Source of the DNA: a virus
Lineage: Duplodnaviria > Caudoviricetes
Virus record (IMG/VR): IMGVR_UViG_3300042397_003635
Length of the DNA stretch: 64,000 nucleotides
Strand: one strand, 5' to 3'
Translations under genes and position numbers: made by a program
Shown: positions 37,640-47,100 of the stretch, in pieces
Position numbering within the stretch: the stretch's first letter is position 1
Layout: each line of letters begins with the position of its first letter
Notes under the pieces: model-generated
What the model was told of the DNA's origin: nothing
Databases searched by the model: none
Seen by the model: the letters and a program-made list of their open reading frames with translations, nothing else

Positions 37640-38956
37640 TTATATGATTTGTTCTTTTCTATTATGTGATACTACATCTTCAATTACATAAGTATGTGCT
37701 TGATCAACTTCAATTTGAATAACCGGTAATTCTCCAAGTTCCTCAATTGATTCAATTTCTGCAATACCATCTATAGTTTGTACTTTTGCACCAACCCATA
37801 GTTCTGATAAGGCTACAAATCCCATACTTTCGGTTAAGAATTTGTGATTGCTTGATACTTTTAAAGTTTTTCCGCCTATCACAGTTTGACTTACAATATT
37901 AGTTGCAGGGTTTGCTAGGGTCACCTGGTATGATCCCCATTCACCAGTATGTTCGTGTTTAGTGTAAACATAATCTCCAACTTTAAGATCTCCTGCCATC
38001 ACCCAAGTGTTAGGAGCAATTAAGATTGGCATATCTGGGGTCGGACAGACACCTGATCCACATACCTCGTTGAGGTTACCATATCCACCATATGCGATTT
38101 CAAATCCACAGAAAAGATATTCTCCCCAGCAACAAGCCCAACCTTCAACTTGGTTATTATTACAATCAGTACCTTGCCACCAACCACTTCCATCTGAATA
38201 AAAGTTATAACAATCACTAGCCGGTGGAACATATCCACATGATGCAGAATTGCTCTCAATTAAAGTTGAATAGGTTCCATTACAGCCATCTGAATAAGTA
38301 TAATAAAGATTATATCCTGAACAGTATTGACTTAAGTATGTTCCGTTTGCTGGAGAACAACAACATCCTCCGCATGCAGTAGTACAACCTTGGCTTGTAT
38401 CGTAAGTTCCACAGCTACCATTTGCATATCGATAGTAGAGAGTACAGCCTGAACAAAACTGACTTAAGTATGTTCCATAGGCTGGACAACCGGCTCCAGT
38501 AGTTATACTAAGTTGATTTGAATATCCAGAATAACCATTAGTTGAAGTACAAGTTATACGTACTCTTATTAAATATGTTGTACTTGCAGAAAGTCCGCTA
38601 ATTGTTTTGGTTCCTTCGCAGCCTCCAGTATTGTTACTCCAGCTGCTACCTCCATTTGAGCTATATTCAACGTGCATTGCTGTACAGTTTGAATAACTTA
38701 CATTAATTGTAATTGAACTTGATGTGCTTGAATTACTTGAAATACTTGGCGCATTACAGCAGGCAAATGTATGGTTATAACCTCGCCACTCAGACATTGC
38801 CGCAGAATTGGCTGAACTAGGGCGACTTGGCGAACACGAGTTTATTGCAGCATACGAACCATTCTCTGCTGAATCTAAACTGATTTGAGCATTAGATGCA
38901 CGACCTAATTCTAAGTTAATAGCGGTCATTGAAACTGTGCCAGTTCCTATTGCCAT
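37640..38956 (-). CDS. Cys-rich tail-associated protein with Fn3-like domain and C-terminal Hint (intein-like) domain
   Basis: Fn3-like ISGLSASTTYLIRVRI; Hint block A CPTPDMPIL...DLKVGD.V, block B VSSNHKFL, block F/G VIQIEVDQAHTYV..DVVSHN. Confidence 0.8.
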   Translation of the reverse strand: MAIGTGTVSMTAINLELGRASNAQISLDSAENGSYAAINSCSPSRPSSANSAAMSEWRGYNHTFACCNAPSISSNSSTSSSITINVSYSNCTAMHVEYSSNGGSSWSNNTGGCEGTKTISGLSASTTYLIRVRITCTSTNGYSGYSNQLSITTGAGCPAYGTYLSQFCSGCTLYYRYANGSCGTYDTSQGCTTACGGCCCSPANGTYLSQYCSGYNLYYTYSDGCNGTYSTLIESNSASCGYVPPASDCYNFYSDGSGWWQGTDCNNNQVEGWACCWGEYLFCGFEIAYGGYGNLNEVCGSGVCPTPDMPILIAPNTWVMAGDLKVGDYVYTKHEHTGEWGSYQVTLANPATNIVSQTVIGGKTLKVSSNHKFLTESMGFVALSELWVGAKVQTIDGIAEIESIEELGELPVIQIEVDQAHTYVIEDVVSHNRKEQII

Positions 38957-38957
38957 A

Positions 38958-41900
38958 TTATTCGCCTTTTAATTTTTTAACTTCAGATCTAAGTTCTTCA
39001 ATTTGAAGTTGTTGTTCCTTAATAGATTCAATTAAGAGCGGCACTAATTTATCATAGCTAACTGTTAAATAGGATTCTCCACTCTTAGATCCAATTGCTT
39101 GATTGTTTTCATCAAACTCTGTATCGAATGGCGCAAGTGTAACAACTTCTGGTAAAACTGACTGTACTTCTTGTGCAGAAAGACCTACCTGAAGCTTTTC
39201 GTCTTTATATCCAAATGACTTAGCTAAGTCGTTATTTACGTAATAGAAACCTGTTAACTGCTTAATTTTATCTAGTGCATTTTCAATAGTGCCGACTCTA
39301 GTTTTTAATCGTTCGTCAGAATAAAATGCAATGATATCGCCTTCAGCATATACCCAATTGTATGAATAAACATAATCATAATTGGTTCGATTTAATCTAG
39401 AGGTACCGTTTGGATCTAGGTAATAACCAGAGTTATTTGAATCATAGAGGATTGTACAGTAAACATCACCGCCTGTTCCTAGGTAAACATTTCCGTGCCA
39501 TGTATTGTGAAGATAAATTCCAGGTTTGCTTGTAACATTGTCCCATGCAACAGAACCTGCAGAATCTGCATATGGTCGATATGCATCAGAATACATTCTA
39601 GACCAGCCCGACCATGACGTTCCGCTAGTTGCATATCTATGGTATAATCCGGCTGCGCCGCCAAAACCTAATTGATTTTGTCTGTGGGATGGATCGTAGC
39701 TAGACCACGGACAAACTGTTAAAATTGACACCCAATAATCTGAACCACTCATACCAACTGTGTCCCTATCATTAAAGTGCCAGCTATTCGCTAAACCGTG
39801 CCAATCGTTTGGATTTCTATTAGAGTGTCGATAGTCGTTTGTGCTATTTACAATATATGAGCTTGTTGCATAACCAGAAGTATTTGCATATCTTACACCT
39901 AAATCTGAAGGTTCAACCCATCCACTTCCTGAATAGGCTCCGTTATTATATGCCAATCTTCCATAATATGCATATCTTACACCAAGATCGGATGGTTCAA
40001 TCCAGCCAGATCCAGAATAGGCACCATTATTATAAACATATCTTGAATAGTCTATATAGTTTCGGCCTTCTCCTCTTGAAATTGCAACACGAGAACCTGC
40101 ATCAAAAAGAGCGCTTGCATATAAATTATTAGCAACTCTAACGTGTGTATCTCCATTACCAACTGAGAAAAGCTCAGTTGCCATATCTGAATCACTATAG
40201 AATCTGGTACCTCCATATCCAGTATTGGCTCCAAGTTTAATACCTGTGTGATAACCTATATGTAGGTCTGGATAAGGATGACTCCATCCTCCGCCGCCTT
40301 GATAAATTGCATAGGAGTGATTACTTGAGTTACCAGAATCTCCACCAACTCCAGTAAAAAATAGAGTTTTAATTGTTCTAGCTTCATCATTTCTCCAATA
40401 AGAAAAATTGTTTATTTCGGTTTCTGTATAGTATCTGTCGTCGTGGGTGTGAGACGGCAGTGAGGTTAAGTAACCTACTCCAGCGTGATTACCCCATCCA
40501 TATGCAGTATTCCAATTTGATATATTAGTGGATGAAAAGTCTCTTGAGTCCCACAGTTGGTATCTACTTCCAGTCTCCGACCATCCTCCAACATGCATTC
40601 GGTTGCTACTTCGTTCTAATCCGAAATGAACAGCATAATCATTACCAATATGAAAAGACATAAAGGCATCATTGCCGTCTTCTGATCTTACGGATAAAGC
40701 GTGGTTTCCGGCATCTTGACTAAGATTACCTACAGATCCAAATCTAGTAGCGGTAGGCCATGAGGCTGAACTTGAAATCTGAGTACCCTTTAAAATATAT
40801 CGACTGTCAGATTCACTCTCAGTATAATATCTGTCATCGTGTGTATGGCCAACATTAGATTTAGCGCCTAATAAGTTAGACAACCAATCTCCTGCCCATC
40901 TCATCCATAGGTTTCCATCTCCTCCAGCAAAATACGCTTGAGTAACAGCGCCTTTAGAAAAAATCCAATCACTGTTTTCAATACCAAATACCATACTTCC
41001 ACTTGGTCTATATAGACCTGCACCTCCCCACATATCTCCAACTCTAATTGATCCTCCACCATAGAAATAAGTTGCATGCATATCGTAGTCAGTTCGCCAA
41101 TTACCAGTATTATCGCAATATGCGCCCCAACCAGACGATGAATTTAAAAATCCAATTCGACCGCTATTTGTATGAATACGCCTAGTAGTTTCATCAGTAT
41201 CTGTCATGTAGATATCTGAAGATGTTGTATTACCTATAGTTAATGATCCATAAACCTGAGCGCCTCCGGTATCGACTCTAACTCTCCAGTTATCGCCGCT
41301 ATCTAAAAGACCAAAGCCTGAACCATCGCCATAAACAGATCCTCTAAGGGTACTTTCATGATTTATTCTAAACTGTAAATGAACAACTGATCCGCCATTA
41401 CCGGTAATACCCCATATAGATCCTCCTCTTGAGTAAAAGTGATTTCCATTTGCTTGGTTATAGAGACCTTCGTTATTATTGTTATTACGGAACCACTCAT
41501 TTGCATAAACGTCGCTAAAGGTTGGGGATGAAGAAGTTAATACGGCTTGGTTTAGATAACTAGATAACCAAGTTGAACGAGTTCCTAAATAAAGATCGCC
41601 GCTTGCTCCAAGATTACCGTTAGTCCATATACCAGAGTTAGCTTGATATAGGTAATATGTGGCACCTCCTAAATAGACATAACTGTCAAATCTGGCAGAA
41701 CCTCCACTGTATACAGTTTTATTACCAAGTACTCTTAAATAATCAGCATCTTCCATAAACCAACCGCTACCCCAACCAAATGCTAGTTTTTCATCTCTAA
41801 GTACAGTTGCGGTTCCTCGACCAAATACGATTGCATCGTTTGCTCCTAATAATTGAATCGATCCATTTACAAATAGTCTATTATTAGTTGGTGAGGTTTG

Positions 41901-44138
41901 GTCAGCTGCAGTATAAGAAAAATCAGTAGTTCCAAAACCAACTCGGCCATCTTGACCTACATAAATTGCATTGGTTCCAAACTTACCGATTGTTACAACA
42001 TTGTTTGCAAATACTTCAAGTACAGGTAAGCCTGCAATTGTATTTACACTATAAAGAGAATCAGAAAGATCGTCAACTACACTAAATAGTCGACCATTAA
42101 CTCCATCGACTGCAAATAATTCTTGACCAGAAGTATTACCAATTACATGTAATTTAGCAGTACCTAGAGCTCCAATTGAAACTGTTCCTTGATTGTATGC
42201 AAAGTAGGCTCCACCAAATGTAGAAAGACCATAATTTGGAGTATTTCCTATTCCAGCGCCCCATCCGCTAGGGTTTCCAATATCAACTTTACCATAGAGA
42301 TGTATTCCATCTCCACTATATCGACCGCGGATTCCATAAAGATTTATTGATTCTCCATTTGAAAAATATGTAATTCCAGCAACAGTTGAACCTCCAGCTT
42401 TTGCAACATATAAACCATCTGCGGTTGCTTGTGAAATTCCACCGGTTGAAAGAGTTACTGAGTTACCTCCTGAGATACTTAAAGTATTTCCAGAAAGACT
42501 AAGAGTTTGTCCGTCTGTATTAGTATCTGTATCAATATCGCTAAATGACGCAGTTAAGGTTGAACCATCTCCTTGAGTTAAGGTTAAGGTCTTAGTTGAA
42601 CTTCCGCTAAATGCAATTGCGGTTGGACGTTTGTTATATGCAGTATTCCAGTTTCCAGAGCTTGCAATTTTATTATCTGCAATCGCAACTCCAGTCCATC
42701 TTCCTGCACTATCAATTACTTGGGTCGTATCATACGCTCCAGGTATTGATCCATATTCAATTACACCAACGTAATATCCATCACTCGAGTTAACATGTCC
42801 ATCATATGCATTAAGATGTCGAGATTGTAAAAAACCGCCAGTTAAGTTATCGCCATCTGCTCCAAATCTCTGGCCTCCTCCTACATATTTACCATTGATA
42901 GTTGGATTATTGTCTGAGTAAGACCAAGCCGGTCCGTCTCCATCTGGATTAATCGGTACATAAACTCCATCGTGATTATGCGAAGGTAGTGATGTTAAAA
43001 ATCCGCCGTAGTTACCTAAGTCATTCGTAAACTGCGAAAGCGCAGTTGGGCGAGAACTTACATTTGTCCAAGCTACTGATCCAGCTGATGCTGCATAGTT
43101 TACTGAGAAATTCGATGGATTGTAAACATACATGTTTGTACCATCAGTTCCACCCCATAACCAAGTTGGTTGGCCGCTTTGTCCAGACCAATAAAAATTT
43201 ATATCTCCACCGCTTGCATTTCTAGGATAGGCTCTGCCGTTTGTTGTAATATACGCAGAGTTATTTGTAAATCTAGAAATGTTCATGTCAAACAAATCTG
43301 TAGCATAGTCTGCTCTATACGCAGTGTTTACTAATACAGCTCCGGTTGCAGTTCGGCCAACTCCCCAATCTCCTAAGTGTAAATACGCACCAAAATCATT
43401 GGGCACAGTTTGCGAAACACCAGAAATACTTGACAAAGTAAGCCTGCCTGACATAGTATCACCAGACGTATTAACAAATCTTGAATCAGATTCAGATTCA
43501 GTATAATATCGGTCATCGTGATTATGTGAAGCTGCTGCATATAATCCAGCATGATTACCCCAGCCATATGCCGTATCCCAATTTGATTTGTTATAACCAG
43601 AAGCAGAAATAGTACCGTCAATCGTTAGGTTACCTAGATAATCTAATGTAAATCTTTGTATATGTGAGCCACTGGTCGCTTGTCGCAATGCAATTCCAAA
43701 CGCGCCTTCAAGCGTGCCTGCTCCTTTATACGCTCGTAGTGATGCTCGATGATGATTTCCATCACTATCTACTGTTGCAAAACCTATTTGAGCTCTTTGA
43801 CCGCTTGTTGTTGATCTAACCAAAAGCGCATCAACAAAATCTCCTAAAACTGGAGTATGGTCAATTACTAAACCGTAATTGTTGCTTGTGGTAATTACAT
43901 CTCCGGATTTAGAGACCTTTCCAGCTAAACTGTTTGTAACGCTAGTTGCAAAACTTGCATCATCGCCTAATGCAGCAGCCAATTCATCAAGGGTATTTAA
44001 AGCACCAGGTGCACCATTAATTAAGTTACTAATTTGAGTAGTAACATATGACGTAGTTGCAATTGAATGATCTGCCATGTTACCGGCATGAATTGCAATA
44101 TGTCCATTGATTGTGGTTCCGTGTATTAATTGTGCCAT
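38958..44138 (-). CDS. long tail fibre (1726 aa) with C-terminal peptidase S74 intramolecular chaperone
   Basis: N-terminal APGALNTLDELAAALGDD repeat; HxHDDRYY motifs; SDERLK...ALDKI..L.G..Y...GLSAQEV..V.PE.V...V.Y.KLVPLLIESIKE. Confidence 0.9.
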   Translation of the reverse strand: MAQLIHGTTINGHIAIHAGNMADHSIATTSYVTTQISNLINGAPGALNTLDELAAALGDDASFATSVTNSLAGKVSKSGDVITTSNNYGLVIDHTPVLGDFVDALLVRSTTSGQRAQIGFATVDSDGNHHRASLRAYKGAGTLEGAFGIALRQATSGSHIQRFTLDYLGNLTIDGTISASGYNKSNWDTAYGWGNHAGLYAAASHNHDDRYYTESESDSRFVNTSGDTMSGRLTLSSISGVSQTVPNDFGAYLHLGDWGVGRTATGAVLVNTAYRADYATDLFDMNISRFTNNSAYITTNGRAYPRNASGGDINFYWSGQSGQPTWLWGGTDGTNMYVYNPSNFSVNYAASAGSVAWTNVSSRPTALSQFTNDLGNYGGFLTSLPSHNHDGVYVPINPDGDGPAWSYSDNNPTINGKYVGGGQRFGADGDNLTGGFLQSRHLNAYDGHVNSSDGYYVGVIEYGSIPGAYDTTQVIDSAGRWTGVAIADNKIASSGNWNTAYNKRPTAIAFSGSSTKTLTLTQGDGSTLTASFSDIDTDTNTDGQTLSLSGNTLSISGGNSVTLSTGGISQATADGLYVAKAGGSTVAGITYFSNGESINLYGIRGRYSGDGIHLYGKVDIGNPSGWGAGIGNTPNYGLSTFGGAYFAYNQGTVSIGALGTAKLHVIGNTSGQELFAVDGVNGRLFSVVDDLSDSLYSVNTIAGLPVLEVFANNVVTIGKFGTNAIYVGQDGRVGFGTTDFSYTAADQTSPTNNRLFVNGSIQLLGANDAIVFGRGTATVLRDEKLAFGWGSGWFMEDADYLRVLGNKTVYSGGSARFDSYVYLGGATYYLYQANSGIWTNGNLGASGDLYLGTRSTWLSSYLNQAVLTSSSPTFSDVYANEWFRNNNNNEGLYNQANGNHFYSRGGSIWGITGNGGSVVHLQFRINHESTLRGSVYGDGSGFGLLDSGDNWRVRVDTGGAQVYGSLTIGNTTSSDIYMTDTDETTRRIHTNSGRIGFLNSSSGWGAYCDNTGNWRTDYDMHATYFYGGGSIRVGDMWGGAGLYRPSGSMVFGIENSDWIFSKGAVTQAYFAGGDGNLWMRWAGDWLSNLLGAKSNVGHTHDDRYYTESESDSRYILKGTQISSSASWPTATRFGSVGNLSQDAGNHALSVRSEDGNDAFMSFHIGNDYAVHFGLERSSNRMHVGGWSETGSRYQLWDSRDFSSTNISNWNTAYGWGNHAGVGYLTSLPSHTHDDRYYTETEINNFSYWRNDEARTIKTLFFTGVGGDSGNSSNHSYAIYQGGGGWSHPYPDLHIGYHTGIKLGANTGYGGTRFYSDSDMATELFSVGNGDTHVRVANNLYASALFDAGSRVAISRGEGRNYIDYSRYVYNNGAYSGSGWIEPSDLGVRYAYYGRLAYNNGAYSGSGWVEPSDLGVRYANTSGYATSSYIVNSTNDYRHSNRNPNDWHGLANSWHFNDRDTVGMSGSDYWVSILTVCPWSSYDPSHRQNQLGFGGAAGLYHRYATSGTSWSGWSRMYSDAYRPYADSAGSVAWDNVTSKPGIYLHNTWHGNVYLGTGGDVYCTILYDSNNSGYYLDPNGTSRLNRTNYDYVYSYNWVYAEGDIIAFYSDERLKTRVGTIENALDKIKQLTGFYYVNNDLAKSFGYKDEKLQVGLSAQEVQSVLPEVVTLAPFDTEFDENNQAIGSKSGESYLTVSYDKLVPLLIESIKEQQLQIEELRSEVKKLKGE
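39885..40034 (-). repeat. 84-bp-period internal duplication in the 1726-aa fibre
   Basis: YNNGAYSGSGW(I/V)EPSDLGVRYA twice; differences are mostly synonymous. Confidence 0.85.
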
Positions 44139-44143
44139 ATTAG

Positions 44144-47100
44144 TTATCTATTTTCAAGATCGTCAATTCTCTTGGTTAAATTTTTTATAAGTTCTTGTTG
44201 TTCTTGAATAGTTTTAATCAAGATTGGAGCAATACGAGTATAGTTAATACCATCAACTTGACCTGCATCATCGTATTTAATTAATTCAGGATAGATTTCT
44301 GCAACCTCTTCGGCAATTAAACCAATTTCAGTTGATCCAGTTCCACCAATTTTGGTATAGTAAACTGGTCTTAGTTGTAATACTTTGTCTAGAGCTGGAG
44401 TTAAGGACTCAACATTAGTTTTATATCTGATAGATGATAATTCTATCAATCTATTTGAAAGAGTTAAGGTACCTCCAGTATCAAATGTCATTCTAACTCC
44501 ATTGTCTGGAACATACACAAATTGTAAATTTCCAGCAGTATTTGAGTTATCATCTGGTGCATCACAAATAAACCACTGTTCCCATTGAATTCCTTCGCCA
44601 AAGCCAGAATCTGCCATTATAATATGTCCAACTCCCTCTAAGTTATTATTGGAAAAATTAACTGTTCCAGTAATAGTTCCGCCGCCTAGCGGTAGATAAT
44701 AACCATCAATCACTTGACTTCTAAAGTGGGCTGGCGTAGATTTTCTTAAGTAGTTATCACTTGTATTTTGAGTCCAAATTTGACCAATCGTTGGGTTTTC
44801 TGAGTTACCTTGACTTGCATTAAAATAGGTTCCTAAGACATAGTTTGAATAGATATTTCCACTGCTGTCTCTTCGTACAATTGTATTTACGTTAGCCGCC
44901 GTATCTGAATTATATCCATCTAATAAGTCAGCGTCTAATCCGGAACCCGATCCATCGTTTCCGGCATGCCAGGCAGTATTACCATTTATTGTTGTTCCGC
45001 TTGCAAATGCACCACGACCATCTATTAGTATTCCACCAACTGCAGAGCCAGACCTACTTACCTTATAAGCATACTCATTTACAGTTTTGTTTGTGGTATT
45101 TACCGTAAAGTTTGCACCATCTACATTCGCATTGTTTGTGCTTGTTATGGTCGTACTAGTACTATTACCTCTACCAGTAACGCTGGCTAAGGTATCAGTT
45201 TCAGTATATCCAGTAATATAACCTTGAGAAGTTACCCATGATTGAGTTGCAAGTAAGCTACCTCCGCCATATGGCACATTTCTAAAATACGCAACATTTG
45301 CTGTTGTTATTTCAAGTGCAACTGAAGTAGGTTCATAAATATCACCGTATCCTAATTTAAAGCTATCTGTGTTATTATTATTGGTCATTCCCATTGACCA
45401 CATAGGCATTCCAGTATAATCCCATGCAACTCCCTGTGAAACGTTCATTCCAGTAGTAAACATTAAGGTTGCCTGATTTCCACTAGCTTGTCGATTAATG
45501 AATACCCTTGAAGTTCCAGTAGATGCGCTAACATATAATTCTGGGTTGGTTCCGACCAATTGAATTTGTGCTGGATTGCTTGATGGATAAACATACAAGT
45601 TGCCACTCATTGAGTCTCCTGTTACATTAACATAGAGAGAATCAGCTGTTCCTTGTGAAATACCTCCACTTGGAAGAGTAATTGAATTACCTCCGCTAAT
45701 TGAAAGAGTACTTCCATTTAAAGTTAGGGTTTGAGCATCAGTATTAGTATCTGTATCAATATCACTAAATGAAGCAGTTAAGGTTGAACTGTCTCCAAGC
45801 GTTAAGGTAAGAGTTTTTGTACCAGTACCGCTAAATGCAAGTGCGGTTGGTCTTTTACTGTATGCAGTATTCCAGTTTGATGAGTTATTGGTAAAATTAC
45901 CACTGTGCCAAACTTGATACCAGTCATTCCAAGTAGAGTCAATACCATTTCTTAATCTTAATCCTGGAACGCCGCTTGCATTAAGACCAGTTTCATTAAT
46001 AAATGCAAGTTGGTAAGAAGAATCTCCTGTACTTGCGCTTGTTCCATCCCATGGAGAAAATGTCATTACTCCAGCATAGTTTCCAACACCATCTGCCGTT
46101 CCAGCTGTTACGAAATCCCATGCAACTGAACGGTTATTCCAGTTAGGTCTTCTATCGGTTAGATCCCTAGGACCATCATCAAAGCTAATCCATTTTGCTT
46201 CGCTTGCATAGGCAACTGAGAAATTGGATGGATTCCAAACGTAAAAATCCTCCCCATTATTTGAACCCCATAACCAAGATGGCTGTCCGCTTTGTCCAGT
46301 CCAATAAAAATTTATATTAGTTCCATCTGCTCTTCTTGGATAAGCTCGACCATTAGTTGTAATATAATTGGAACCATTTGTAAGCTGGTTATTATTTGTA
46401 ATAGTATTTGTAATTGTAACCTGTTGGTTTGACGTACTAACTGAAATACCAGAACCTGCGGCTGCGCTTAATAAACCAGTGTTATTAATTGTAACTTGTT
46501 GATTTGAAGTACTAACAGTAATACCTGTACCAGCAGCTGCACTTAATAAACCTGTATTATTGATCGTAAGGTTTTGGTTTGATGTACTTACTGTGATACC
46601 AGTACCTGCAGTTGCACTAAGTAAAGCTGTTGTATTAATCGTAAGATTTTGATTTGACGTACTTACTGTAATACCAGTGCCAGCGGTTGCCGATAATAGG
46701 GCAGTCGTATTGATAGTAAGGTTTTGGTTTGATGTACTTACCGTGATACCTGTTCCAGCAGTTGCAGATAGTAAACCAGTGTTTGTAACGGTAACTGCGC
46801 CAGTTGTAGAGTTTACCGAAATCCCAGTGCCGGCCGATACTGAAGAAACTCCAGCTGTAATTGTCCAACTTCTATTTGCAGATAAGTCATATGTTGTACC
46901 ATTAATGGTAAGGGTGCGAGAAGTAGGAACATATCCAGAAAGTGAAGCAGATGTAATATAACCTGGACCATTCGTTAATTGGTTTAAGTTAGTTAAATTA
47001 TTGGTATTCCATAATATAGAATTATCCCAATACAAGATACCGTCTGGTCTCATCTCTAAAAACTTGCCGACATTTCCACTAATGTGAAATGCTATACCAG

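Noticed and set aside
37661-38047. True splicing intein or homing element
   Set aside because: The +1 residue is Arg, not Cys/Ser/Thr; there is no endonuclease domain; the C-extein is only 6 aa.
46410-46855. CRISPR array
   Set aside because: Repeats are contiguous, in frame and have no unique spacers; no cas genes.
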